Assembly: GCA_965205975.1 (NCBI GenBank)
Contig: OZ242195.1
Location: forward strand, 4,832,001 to 4,896,000
Source of the DNA: Candidatus Latescibacterota bacterium
GTDB lineage: Bacteria; Latescibacterota; UBA2968
DNA: 64,000 nt
Reading direction: 5' to 3'
Below, piece by piece: positions 47,076 to 56,894 of this stretch (positions are counted from its first letter, which is position 1; each line of letters opens with the position of its first letter). The notes beneath the pieces are model-generated. The model did no database searches and was not told where the DNA came from. It saw only the letters and a program-made list of their open reading frames with translations. The position numbers were made by a program, and so were the translations under genes.

Positions 47076-47268
47076 TTTCCCCAAAATCTGAAATGATCCA
47101 GCCCAAAATACGAAACGCGGATATTTCTTGTCACTTTCGTATATAGTTCCCAAATTTTAATGTGCTTGTCAATATCGTTTGTCCATGTTTAATCCTACAG
47201 TCCCGCAGATCCAATAGTGCTTCGGCGACTTCCTTTCTTTTTTGTTCGATAGTGTTGAGCGGGTCTTC

Positions 47269-47346
47269 GGGAGCGACTCCCCTTGATATTGTTGTTAAAA
47301 AATAAAAAGTCGTGAGAAAATAAACCTTCACGACCTTTAGTTTTTT
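47269..47346 (+). repeat. Degenerate copy of the tRNA-Glu 3' end and terminator (att-like)
   Basis: cgactcccct, aaaaaata and aaaagtcgtg...tcacgaccttt occur in the same order as at 45903-45989. Confidence 0.55.
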
Positions 47347-47371
47347 AGGCGACCAACATATTTGATGTGCT

Positions 47372-48376
47372 TCAGACGACCGCCGCTTCGTCTATGGAAA
47401 AGAGATTTTGTTCAGAGTCAAGCCTCGCTTTGATACCATTGGGAAGAATCATTTGAGGACTCGTATGCCCAATATCTACTTGTGTGAGGATGGGAAAATC
47501 AAATGCCGTTGTATAGTGACCGATCAATGTTTTAAGTAACTCTTCCTGGTCTTGAGATAGGTTGTTTATTTTTCCCACGATCAAACCAGAAATTTCCTCA
47601 AAAAGACCAATCTGCTGGCATTGTGCAAGGGCTTCCTCGGCATACATAAGAACCGTGTTTCCCATATTGACCTCTTCCAGATAAAGAATTTTACCGTGAA
47701 ATGAAGGCCAAAATGGAGTGCCAGTCAATATCGGCAGGGTATGGAGATTGCCACCTATGAGAGGTCCTTGCGCTCTGCCACCTCTGAGCCAATGCCAACC
47801 AGCATTATTCTTCATTTTTCGCGGACTGTCTTCACTGGGCGCGTCATCTGTCCAGGTCTCCGGTGCCTCCAATGGTCCCGGGGCGGTTGGTGTAAACAGG
47901 ACATCTTTTATTTGTTGAATTGTATAACTCAAGGGTTTCGGATATTCGCTGAGACCGTTGAGCAGGGTTGGACCGTGGAAAGTGACCATATTGAGACGTG
48001 CGTAGATGCCGAGTAGCAGGGCTGTATTCGCGCTGTATCCCATCAATATCTTGGGGGAACGCGCAATCAAATCCCAGTCGAGCAAGGGAAGGAGTGCATT
48101 GGTACCAGATCCTCCTGAGAGAGAAAAAATCGCTTTGATGTCCGGATCAGCAAATAGGTCGTGGAGATCATTGACACGCAATTGCGGGGCTGGATTCAAA
48201 TGTTCGCGTTGATGGCGTGCGTTATTTGCTAATTGAACTTTCAAACCGAGATCCTCAAGGGCTGCCTGGGCACGGGAGAGCCAATTGTTAGTAAAAGAAA
48301 AAAATGAGGCAGCGGGCGAGGCAATCCCCACAGTATCACCTGGTTTTAATCTCGGTGGTTTGATTGTATTATTCAT
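47372..48376 (-). CDS. S66 LD-carboxypeptidase/MccF-like peptidase
   Basis: GYSANT (Ser), TFHGP, GGNL, LYLEE (Glu), DIGHT (His). Confidence 0.9.
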   Translation of the reverse strand: MNNTIKPPRLKPGDTVGIASPAASFFSFTNNWLSRAQAALEDLGLKVQLANNARHQREHLNPAPQLRVNDLHDLFADPDIKAIFSLSGGSGTNALLPLLDWDLIARSPKILMGYSANTALLLGIYARLNMVTFHGPTLLNGLSEYPKPLSYTIQQIKDVLFTPTAPGPLEAPETWTDDAPSEDSPRKMKNNAGWHWLRGGRAQGPLIGGNLHTLPILTGTPFWPSFHGKILYLEEVNMGNTVLMYAEEALAQCQQIGLFEEISGLIVGKINNLSQDQEELLKTLIGHYTTAFDFPILTQVDIGHTSPQMILPNGIKARLDSEQNLFSIDEAAVV

Positions 48377-48416
48377 ATTCTTTTTTTAAAATAAGATGTT
48401 GCGTATATATTTTACT

Positions 48417-48729
48417 GGGTGTGCGTAAATTAGAAACACGCAACAAGAGCCATGACAGAAAGCCATCAGCCAAAACCATCACGCACAGCGCGTGAGTCCG
48501 TCTCGCAGTGGACATCTTTATGGCATTTCAACTGCGCAGGCCACCGCATGGCGTTGTATTATAAAAACGATTGAACTGGCCTGAGAGGCGGCCAGTTGTA
48601 CCCCGCTCGCTTCATTTTTTTGGGCGCGCAAAAAAATGAAGTCGCCGCACGCCGCAGGCATGGCGTAGCCACACGCATGAAAAAAACTCTACACATCGTT
48701 GCACCACAACAAATGAATTATGCACACCC
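48417..48729. mobile_element. Candidate non-coding MITE (~310 bp)
   Basis: Ends gggtgtgcgtaa / ttatgcacaccc (11/12 inverted); no credible ORF; no clear target duplication. Confidence 0.4.
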
Positions 48730-48790
48730 CACCTATTTAATGCCTGAAAATAATAAGCTATGTGTCTATTTTTTGCAATAGGGCTATGGA

Positions 48791-49429
48791 ATGAATGAGA
48801 AAAACGGTGTCAAACCCATCGTAATTGGTATTTCGGGTGGATCCGCCGCGGGCAAGACGACTTTTACGGATATACTATCTGATAGGCTCGCAGATTTTGG
48901 ACCCGTCGTGCTCAATCAGGATAGCTATTTCCGCGATTGGTCAGCGCTGCCAGAAGACGAGCGCGAGATTATGCGAACGGCAAACCATCCGCGGGCTGTG
49001 CTGTGGGAGCCTTTGATCGCGCATGTGAAATGTTTGCGGGAAGGGCAGACGATTGAAATGCCACCGCCTGGGACGAGGGCTTTTCGGCGGGGGGATGATC
49101 CCCAAAAGGTCGTGCCTGAGAAGCTGGTTATTGTAGAGGGGCACTTGATTTTTTCGCAAGAGACTCTGAGGTCTTTGCTGGATATCAAGCTGTTTTTGGA
49201 TGTGGATACACACGAGCGGGTGCTCAGGCGCATGTTGCGCAATACGTCGAGTGGGATGTCGCTGAAAGATGCGGTGGCATGGTATCGCCGAGATGTCGTG
49301 CCCAATTATCGCGTCTATACGGAGCCGACAAGGGCGTACGCGGATTTGATTGTGCCGTTTGAAGGGGATGTGCAAGTAGCTGTGGATGTTGTGGCAAATG
49401 GCATACGCAGGATGATTCACGATAGATAG
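48791..49429 (+). CDS. Uridine kinase family protein
   Basis: GISGGSAAGKTT, QDSYF, NHP, VEGHL, YADLIVP. Confidence 0.85.
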   Translation: MNEKNGVKPIVIGISGGSAAGKTTFTDILSDRLADFGPVVLNQDSYFRDWSALPEDEREIMRTANHPRAVLWEPLIAHVKCLREGQTIEMPPPGTRAFRRGDDPQKVVPEKLVIVEGHLIFSQETLRSLLDIKLFLDVDTHERVLRRMLRNTSSGMSLKDAVAWYRRDVVPNYRVYTEPTRAYADLIVPFEGDVQVAVDVVANGIRRMIHDR

Positions 49430-49502
49430 CAAGTATGGCTTGCCTCGCGTGTTTTCTGGTCGTAAATTTGTTTGTGATATGTTTGCAAGTCCATGAAAGG
49501 AG

Positions 49503-50339
49503 ATGATTACTATGACCGTTCAATCCGATTGGGCTGTTCTCACAGATGAACAGCGGCAGTTTTTTGAGGACAATGGGTATCTCTTGATCGAAGACGCGCT
49601 GCCGCCCGATGTTGTCGCCGAACTCAATGCGGCGGCTGATGAAATTTACGATCGGGAAAAGGCCGCTGGTGGCCTGGAGAAAACGGGCAAACTCAATTTG
49701 CGGAATTGCATTGTGCATCACGATGCTTTTCTTCAGTTGCTCGACTGGCCGACCACGGCGCCTCTGGCGTGGCAGATTCTCAACTGGAATATCCAGATGA
49801 TTACTTCGCATCTCATTGTTTTGCCCTCTGGCCCAGAGCCTCCGGAAGAGGTAAAGCGCAAAGGTGGGTATCACCGCGATGGCGGTTCGTCTTCTCGGGA
49901 GATGACAGAACCCCATCCGCGCATTCTGCTCAAAATTGCGTACGCCATCAGCGACCAGACAGATCCCGCATCGGGGGCGACGCAACTCGTGCCCGGAAGC
50001 AATCGGCTATTTGGCAGGCCTGCGATTGATCCGGCAACGGGCCATCCCCGGGGGGCGATCAATATGAATGTCAAGGCGGGTTCGGCATTTATTTTTGAAC
50101 AGCGCACGTATCACGGCATTGGCAAAAATTGGTCGGGTTTTCCGCGGAAGACCATTTTTATGGGCTATGCGTATCGCTGGGTCAAGCCTATGGATTATAT
50201 CGATATGCCCGATGAACTCGTTGCCCGCGCAAATCCCATTCAAAAACAACTCCTGGGTGTGGTCTCCGATCCGCTCAGTTTTTATATTCCGCAAGCGGGA
50301 GATGTGCCTCTCAAAGAGCTTGTGGAAAATGGGGTTTGA
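49503..50339 (+). CDS. PhyH-like dioxygenase
   Basis: YHRDGG, GATQLVPGS, TYHG. Confidence 0.88.
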   Translation: MITMTVQSDWAVLTDEQRQFFEDNGYLLIEDALPPDVVAELNAAADEIYDREKAAGGLEKTGKLNLRNCIVHHDAFLQLLDWPTTAPLAWQILNWNIQMITSHLIVLPSGPEPPEEVKRKGGYHRDGGSSSREMTEPHPRILLKIAYAISDQTDPASGATQLVPGSNRLFGRPAIDPATGHPRGAINMNVKAGSAFIFEQRTYHGIGKNWSGFPRKTIFMGYAYRWVKPMDYIDMPDELVARANPIQKQLLGVVSDPLSFYIPQAGDVPLKELVENGV

Positions 50340-52046
50340 TTACTCATCTGTAACACATCCCTCAGAAGCCGTTTTTACGTTCTTGATGTATTTGTAAAGG
50401 GTGCCGCGGTTGGCTTTGTACGGCGGTTGGGTCCAGGCTGCACGGCGTTTTTCGAGTTCTTCGGCAGAGACATCCATGTTGATCTCTCCGTTTTGGCTGT
50501 CGATGGTGATCTGGTCGCCGGTTTGGACGAGGGCGATGGGTCCGCCTTCGATGGCTTCGGGAACGACGTGGCCGATGAGAAAGCCGTGCGATCCGCCCGA
50601 AAAACGCCCATCGGTAATTAGCGCGACATCCTGTACCAGCCCCGCGCCGGCCAGTGCGGATGTGGGGGTGAGCATTTCCGGCATGCCGGGTCCGCCTTTG
50701 GGGCCTTCGTAGCGGATGATGATGACATTGCCTTTTTCGATTTTGCCCTGTTCGAGGGCGGCGAGCATGTCTTCCTCGCAGTCGAATACGTTGGCCGCGC
50801 CTTTGAATACCTCGCCTTCTTTGCCCGTGATTTTTCCGACTGAACCTTCCGGTGCCAAATTCCCACGTAAAATTTGCAGATGCCCCGTTGGCTTGATGGG
50901 GTCATTAAAGGGGCTTACGATGTCTTGCTGTCCTTCACCCGTGCCATAAGGGGGAAGGCCTTTTATATCGGCGAGATTTTCGGCAATTGTTTTGCCCGTT
51001 ACTGTCATCTGGTCGCCGTCGATGAGGTCGGCGTCGAGGAGCAATTTCATCATTGCGGGTGTCCCGCCGATGTCGTGAAGCTCTTCCATGACGTAACGCC
51101 CGGAGGGTTTGAGGTCACACAGGAGGGGTGTTTCGTTGGATATGTGTTGAAATTCGTCGATGTCGAGGTCTATGTCATAAGCTCTGGCAATGGCGAGCAG
51201 GTGGAGCACGAGATTGGTGGAGCCGCCCGTGACAACGGCGAGGCGGATGGCGTTGAGGAAGGATTGTTTGGTGACGATGTCGCGCGGTTTGAGGTCGGCT
51301 TCGAGCAGGGCGCGAACAGCGTGACCGGCGTGGATACATTCGGTGTGTTTGCCGGGGTCTTCGGCAGGTGTGCAGGAGGAATAGGGCAAGGAGAGGCCCA
51401 TGCATTCGATGGCGCTGGCCATGGTATTGGCGGTGTACATGCCGCCGCAAGCACCGGCACCGGGGCAGGCGTGTTCGACGATTTCCTGGCGTTCGGCATC
51501 GCTGAGCGAGTCTGTGAGAAATTCGCCGTAGCTTTGAAAGGCAGAGACGATGTCGAGTTTGCGTTCTTCGCCTTGAATGGTGGCGCAACCTGGTTTTATT
51601 GTGCCGCCGTAGATCATAAGAGCAGGGCGATTGAGGCGGCCCATTGCCATGACCACGCCGGGCATGTTTTTGTCGCAGCCGGGCAGTGCGATCAGGCCAT
51701 CGTACCATTGCGCGCCCATGAGGGTTTCGATGGAGTCGGCTATGAGGTCGCGGGATTGGAGGGAGAAGGACATGCCGTCTGTGCCCATGGATATGCCGTC
51801 GGATACGCCGATGGTGTTGAAGCGCATGCCAACGCACCCGGCTTCGATGACGCCTTTTTTTGTTTCGGCTGCGAGGTCGTTGAGGTGCATATTGCACGGG
51901 TTGCCTTCGTACCAGACCGAGGCGATGCCAACCTGTGCTTTGTCCATGTCGGCGCGCGTCAGTCCGGTGGCATAGAGCATGGCCTGAGATCCGCCCTGGG
52001 ATTTTCTCTGGGTGATTTGTGAGCTGTACTTATTCAGTTTTGCCAT
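50340..52046 (-). CDS. ilvD: Dihydroxy-acid dehydratase
   Basis: [43 protein letters not shown]. Confidence 0.97.
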   Translation of the reverse strand: MAKLNKYSSQITQRKSQGGSQAMLYATGLTRADMDKAQVGIASVWYEGNPCNMHLNDLAAETKKGVIEAGCVGMRFNTIGVSDGISMGTDGMSFSLQSRDLIADSIETLMGAQWYDGLIALPGCDKNMPGVVMAMGRLNRPALMIYGGTIKPGCATIQGEERKLDIVSAFQSYGEFLTDSLSDAERQEIVEHACPGAGACGGMYTANTMASAIECMGLSLPYSSCTPAEDPGKHTECIHAGHAVRALLEADLKPRDIVTKQSFLNAIRLAVVTGGSTNLVLHLLAIARAYDIDLDIDEFQHISNETPLLCDLKPSGRYVMEELHDIGGTPAMMKLLLDADLIDGDQMTVTGKTIAENLADIKGLPPYGTGEGQQDIVSPFNDPIKPTGHLQILRGNLAPEGSVGKITGKEGEVFKGAANVFDCEEDMLAALEQGKIEKGNVIIIRYEGPKGGPGMPEMLTPTSALAGAGLVQDVALITDGRFSGGSHGFLIGHVVPEAIEGGPIALVQTGDQITIDSQNGEINMDVSAEELEKRRAAWTQPPYKANRGTLYKYIKNVKTASEGCVTDE

Positions 52047-52139
52047 TGAAGATTTCCTTTCGTGGATGAACTTTGTCTTATTTTTCCGAGGTTGTAATTT
52101 AACCGAATTGTGGGAGACGTGTCAACAAGGGTGTGGAAT

Positions 52140-52649
52140 ATGGCTGACTATGTGTTGCGGGATTATTTGCGCGTGGGGCTGAATCTGGTGTTTGTGGGGT
52201 TTAATCCGAGCTTAAAGTCCGCGGAAATTGGTCATTATTACGCGGGGAGAGGCAATCAGTTTTGGCCGTTTTTGTACGAGGCCGGGCTGACAGATCGCTT
52301 GTTGGAGCCGAGGGAAGATGCGACTATTTTGGATTATAATATCGGACTGACCGATATTGTAAAGGGGCGTGCGACGCGGGGGATTGGAGATCTGACGGAT
52401 GGCGATTATGTGTCGGGTTTTGAATTGTTGCGCGAAAAGATGCAGATGTATCGACCCCGGGTGATTTGTTTTAATGGGAAGAGCGGATACGCCAAAGTGA
52501 TGGGCGGGAGGCGAGATTACGGTTTGCAAGATGAGTTGTTGGAAGGCGCGAGGCTGTTTCTCGCACCGTCAACGAGTGGTGCGCTGCCCATGCCGAGGGT
52601 TGAGAAGTTGAGGTATTATCGAGAGTTGAAGTCTCTAATAGACGAATAG
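52140..52649 (+). CDS. mug: Mismatch-specific uracil/thymine DNA glycosylase
   Basis: VFVGFNPS, GHYYAGRGNQFW, GLTD, PSTSG. Confidence 0.88.
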   Translation: MADYVLRDYLRVGLNLVFVGFNPSLKSAEIGHYYAGRGNQFWPFLYEAGLTDRLLEPREDATILDYNIGLTDIVKGRATRGIGDLTDGDYVSGFELLREKMQMYRPRVICFNGKSGYAKVMGGRRDYGLQDELLEGARLFLAPSTSGALPMPRVEKLRYYRELKSLIDE

Positions 52650-52756
52650 ACGAATAGACGAATAGACGAACCCCGCCCTACCACCCCAAGTTAGTCCGAA
52701 CTGCGTCGTTGATTCGTTGATTCGTTGATTCGTTGATTCGTTGATTCGTTGATTCG
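52637..52756. repeat. Two octamer tandem arrays in inverted orientation: (AATAGACG)x4 and (CGTTGATT)x6
   Basis: 52637-52668 and 52707-52754, counted directly. Confidence 0.95.
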
Positions 52757-52770
52757 CACAAGGAGCGAAG

Positions 52771-54180
52771 ATGAAGCGACCGAATATTTTGTTTGTGATG
52801 ACCGATGACCACACGCCGCGCGAGATGAGTAGTTATGGCAATCCGATTTTGCATACGCCCAATCTGGATCGCATTGGGAATGAGGGTACGCGGTTTAACA
52901 ATTGTTTTTCGACTAATGCGCTGTGCGCGCCTGCGCGGGGCACGGTGCTGACGGGATGTTTTTCACATGTCCACGGTATTCGGGGAAATTCTGAGAGAGC
53001 CGATGCGATTGAGTTTCTGGATCCGAATGTGCCGACGTTTCCCGAGTTGCTTCGCGCCGCGGGATATAAGACTGCGTTGTTTGGTAAATATCATATCCGG
53101 CAGGATCCGCGCGGGTTTGATACGTGGTGTATTCATCCCGGGCAGGGCGTGTATTTTGATCCGACGTATATCGACGATGGGAAGGAGGTCGTAAAGGAGG
53201 GGTATGCCACGGATATAACGACGGATATGGCGCTTGAATTTTTGAAGGGGTTGGATGGGGAACAGCCCTTTTGTCTGGTGTATCAGTTTAAGGCGCCGCA
53301 TCGGCCGTTTACGCCAGCACCCCGGCACGCGCATCTCTTCGATGATGTTGAGATTCCCCAGCCGGAGACGTATGGCGATGATTTTGCGACGCGGAAGATT
53401 GCGGCTCTGGCTGAAGATATGAAGTTTGATATTAGTCTGGCGCCTGATTACGACGATATACCTGGAGATTTGAATGAGGCGGAAAAGAAGGACTGGATTT
53501 ATCAGCGTTTTATGAAGGATCGATATCGCACGATTTACGGGGTGGATGAGAATTTGGGGCGGGTGCTGGATTATCTGGATGAGATGGGTTGGGCTGACGA
53601 TACGCTGGTGATTTACACGTCGGATCACGGGTATTTTTTGGGCGATTACGGATGGTACGATAAGCGGTTTATGTACGAGCCGTCGATTCGCATTCCGCTG
53701 GTGGTGCGTTATCCAAATGGGGGTATAAGCGGGAATGTGACCGATGCGCTGGTGATGAATGTGGATTTCGCGCCGACGATTCTGGATTTTGCAGGTGTCG
53801 AGATTCCCGAAGGCGTGCAGGGCGAGAGTTTGCGTCCGTTGCTCCAGGGGCCAGAATCCGATGATTGGCGCGAGTCTGTTTATTACGCCTATTTTGAGGA
53901 TTCGTGGGTGTTGCACGGCAAGGGGGCAGAGGCGATGTCAGAGCCGTCGTTTCAGTATTTTACGCCGCACCGCATTGGCCCGCACCGCGGCGTGCGTACG
54001 GACCGCTACAAGCTGATTGAATATTATGCCGAGGGCGATTACTGGGAGTTGTTCGATTTGCAAGAAGATCCCAATGAATTGCGAAATGTGTACGATGATG
54101 CTGTGTACGCAGATCTGGTGGGGGAGTTGAAGGCTGAGTTGCGGAGGTTGCAGGTGCAGTATGGGGATTTGGGTGTGTGA
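52771..54180 (+). CDS. Sulfatase (Cys-type)
   Basis: PNILFVMTDD, CAPAR, GKYH, KAPH, SDHG, YDKRFMYE. Confidence 0.93.
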   Translation: MKRPNILFVMTDDHTPREMSSYGNPILHTPNLDRIGNEGTRFNNCFSTNALCAPARGTVLTGCFSHVHGIRGNSERADAIEFLDPNVPTFPELLRAAGYKTALFGKYHIRQDPRGFDTWCIHPGQGVYFDPTYIDDGKEVVKEGYATDITTDMALEFLKGLDGEQPFCLVYQFKAPHRPFTPAPRHAHLFDDVEIPQPETYGDDFATRKIAALAEDMKFDISLAPDYDDIPGDLNEAEKKDWIYQRFMKDRYRTIYGVDENLGRVLDYLDEMGWADDTLVIYTSDHGYFLGDYGWYDKRFMYEPSIRIPLVVRYPNGGISGNVTDALVMNVDFAPTILDFAGVEIPEGVQGESLRPLLQGPESDDWRESVYYAYFEDSWVLHGKGAEAMSEPSFQYFTPHRIGPHRGVRTDRYKLIEYYAEGDYWELFDLQEDPNELRNVYDDAVYADLVGELKAELRRLQVQYGDLGV

Positions 54181-54182
54181 AG

Positions 54183-55595
54183 CTACTTTTTGGGCATGTA
54201 CACGTCGGTGGCGGAGCCGAGGTGGATTTCTGAGGCTATGCCGATGGATTCGGCGAGTGAGGGGTGCGGGTGAATGGTGTGGGCAATGTCTTCGGCGACG
54301 GCAGCCATTTCAATGGCGAGTACGCCTTCGGCGATGAGGTCGCCCGCGTTTGGTCCCACGATGCCCATGCCGAGTACGCGTTGGGTATAGGGATCGACTA
54401 TGAGTTTGGTCTGGCCTTCGATGCGCCCAATTGCATGCGCTTTCCCCAGGGCAGCCCAGGGGAAGCGCACGATATCGACTTTTCGGTCTTGTTCGCGGGC
54501 GTCGGTTTCGGTCAGGCCCACCCAGGCAATTTCGGGATCGGTGTACACTACTGAGGGTATGAGTGCGTCAAAAGACGCGGGTTCACCGGCGAGAACTTCG
54601 GCGGCGATTTTGCCTTCGTGTGCGGCTTTGTGGGCAAGGCCGGGGCCTGGAATAGCATCGCCGATTGCAAAGAGGCGGGGATCGTTTGTTCGCATCTGCG
54701 AATCGACTTCGATGAATCCGTGGTCATTGGGTTCAATGTCCGTGTTTTCAAGGCCGATATTGTCTGTATTTGGGCGTCGGCCAATGCAGAGGAGGACGCG
54801 GTCGAATATTTCGGATGTTTTCGATCCTTCGCCTTCCCAGTGTACTTCAATACCGGTATTGACTTCTTCGATATGCGTGACGCGCGTGCTGGTGTGTATG
54901 GCGCTGAATGCTTGACGCAATCGGGTTTCGAGGGGTTTGATCAGGTCGGGGTCGGTGCCGGGCAAGAGGGTGTCGGTCATTTCGACGACGGTGACGGCAC
55001 TTCCCAATGCGGCATAGACACTGCCGAGTTCGAGACCGATGATGCCCCCGCCAACGACGAGGAGGCTTTTGGGTATTTCGTCGAGGTCGAGTGCTGTTGT
55101 CGAGTCCAGGATGCGCGGTGTGTCGAGCGCGAAAATTGGGAGGGAAATTGGGCGTGAGCCCGTGGCGATGATGGCGTGTTCAAATTCTACGCGGCCGATA
55201 TCCCCTTCGCCTGTGATAGACGCGCTTTGCGAATTCTCAAATTGCGCGTAGCCCGTCAGGTGGGTAACCTTGCGCTGGCGCACCAGGCCAGACAGACCGG
55301 TCGAGAGGCGGGTGATGATGTTGTCTTTCCAGCCGCGCAGAGCGTCCAGATCGATTTTGGGATCGCCAAAGGTGAGGCCATAAGTTCTGGCTTCACTGGC
55401 TTCGGTGATGAGTTCGGCAACGTGGAGCAGGGCTTTGGATGGGATGCACCCGCGCAATAAGCAGGTGCCACCGAGGTTGTCGTCGGCATTGACGAGGGTG
55501 ACTTCCAGGCCCAGGTCAGCAGCGCGAAAGGCCGCTGTATATCCGCCGGGACCGCCGCCGATTACGAGGAGATCGGTTTTGTGCGTTTCGGCCAT
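54183..55595 (-). CDS. lpdA: Dihydrolipoyl dehydrogenase (E3)
   Basis: GGGPGG, GGTCLLRGCIPSK, HPHPSLAE. Confidence 0.95.
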   Translation of the reverse strand: MAETHKTDLLVIGGGPGGYTAAFRAADLGLEVTLVNADDNLGGTCLLRGCIPSKALLHVAELITEASEARTYGLTFGDPKIDLDALRGWKDNIITRLSTGLSGLVRQRKVTHLTGYAQFENSQSASITGEGDIGRVEFEHAIIATGSRPISLPIFALDTPRILDSTTALDLDEIPKSLLVVGGGIIGLELGSVYAALGSAVTVVEMTDTLLPGTDPDLIKPLETRLRQAFSAIHTSTRVTHIEEVNTGIEVHWEGEGSKTSEIFDRVLLCIGRRPNTDNIGLENTDIEPNDHGFIEVDSQMRTNDPRLFAIGDAIPGPGLAHKAAHEGKIAAEVLAGEPASFDALIPSVVYTDPEIAWVGLTETDAREQDRKVDIVRFPWAALGKAHAIGRIEGQTKLIVDPYTQRVLGMGIVGPNAGDLIAEGVLAIEMAAVAEDIAHTIHPHPSLAESIGIASEIHLGSATDVYMPKK

Positions 55596-55609
55596 GTGGT
55601 TTCTCCAGT

Positions 55610-56869
55610 TTATCCGCCCATGAGCATGAGTTCCGGGTTTTCGAGCGCATCGACGATTTTTCGCATGAATCGCGCACCATCGGCGCCGTCGATAACGCGG
55701 TGATCATAAGAGAGTGCCAAAGGCATGATGAGGCGGGGTTCAATGCGCCCTTCGCGCACGGTGGCTTCTTCTCTGGCGCGTCCGAGTCCCAATATTGCAA
55801 CTTCGGGGTGATTGACGATGGGGGTAAATTCGCCCACGCCCAGGCTGCCCAGGTTGGTGACGGTGAATGTGCCGCCTTGTAATTCGTCGAGGCCAATTTT
55901 GCTGGTGCGCGCGCGCTGGCTGATGTCGCCGAGTTCGAGAGCCAATTCCAGGATGTCTTTGCGATCGACGTCTTTGATGACGGGAACGAGTAAGCCGCGC
56001 TCGGTGTCAACGGCGATGCCGAGGTTGTAGTAGTGTTTGAGAATAATTTCATTGGCGCCTGTATCGAGGCTGGCGTTGAATTGCGGAAAGGTCTTGAGCG
56101 CGGTGATGATTGCTTTTAGCGCGAGGACAGTTGGCGTCAGTTTGGCTCCCAATGCTTCGGCTTTTTCTTTGTTGCGCTGCCGAAATGCTTCGAGGTCTGT
56201 GACGTCTGCGCGATCAAATTGCGTGACATGAGCCACCTGTTGCCAGGCCTGGCTCATATTTTTTGCAATGATTTGCCGAACTTTGCTGAGGGGTTGGCGT
56301 TCGATGTTGCCCCATCTCGAGAAGTCGGGCAATTCGACGGGTGCGGTTGGTACAATACCACCTGTTTGCCGGTCGCGTACAGAGGCTTTGATATCGTCTT
56401 GTGTGATGCGTCCTCCGGGGCCTGAGCCAGCGACCTGTGTGAGATCTACGCCGAGTTCTCGCGCGAGCCGCCGCGTGGATGGCGCTGCGGGAATGGGATC
56501 GCCGTTGGACGCGGGTGCAGGTGGCCTGGGAGGTGCTGGTTCGGGTGCTCTGGCGGTGGGTTCGGGTTCTTCTTTTGGTGCAGGAACTGGTGCTTCGGCT
56601 TCAGGCTCTGGAGGTGATGGGGCGGATTGTTCGCCTTCTTCAACGGAGATCAATAAGCTGCCCACGGGCACGCGGTCTCCGGCACTGATGTGTATTTTTG
56701 TGATGGTGCCAGCAACACTGCTGGGTACTTCAACGAGGGCTTTGTCGGTTTCGAGTTCGAGCACGCTCTGATCGATTTCAACGGTTTCGCCTTCGGCAAC
56801 GAGTACGCTGACAACATCGCCGGCTTCTACACCTTCGCCGAGATCGGGAAGTTTAAATTCGGTTGCCAC
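55610..56869 (-). CDS. aceF: Pyruvate dehydrogenase E2, single lipoyl domain
   Basis: ETDKA lipoyl motif, Pro/Ala linker, GSGPGGRI, DHRVIDG. Confidence 0.93.
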   Translation of the reverse strand: MATEFKLPDLGEGVEAGDVVSVLVAEGETVEIDQSVLELETDKALVEVPSSVAGTITKIHISAGDRVPVGSLLISVEEGEQSAPSPPEPEAEAPVPAPKEEPEPTARAPEPAPPRPPAPASNGDPIPAAPSTRRLARELGVDLTQVAGSGPGGRITQDDIKASVRDRQTGGIVPTAPVELPDFSRWGNIERQPLSKVRQIIAKNMSQAWQQVAHVTQFDRADVTDLEAFRQRNKEKAEALGAKLTPTVLALKAIITALKTFPQFNASLDTGANEIILKHYYNLGIAVDTERGLLVPVIKDVDRKDILELALELGDISQRARTSKIGLDELQGGTFTVTNLGSLGVGEFTPIVNHPEVAILGLGRAREEATVREGRIEPRLIMPLALSYDHRVIDGADGARFMRKIVDALENPELMLMGG

Positions 56870-56894
56870 GAGACCTCCTTAATCGCGGATTGAG

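Noticed and set aside
47131..47331. 66-aa minus-strand ORF next to the Panacea operon
   Set aside because: Crosses the att-like repeat and hairpin, has no RBS or recognisable motif
47372..48376. S66 peptidase as microcin C immunity (MccF)
   Set aside because: No mcc genes nearby; family membership alone does not distinguish it from LD-carboxypeptidase
50874..52022. 382-aa plus-strand ORF
   Set aside because: Antisense shadow of ilvD
52637..52756. Possible CRISPR array
   Set aside because: 8-bp units with no spacers and no cas genes; simple tandem repeats
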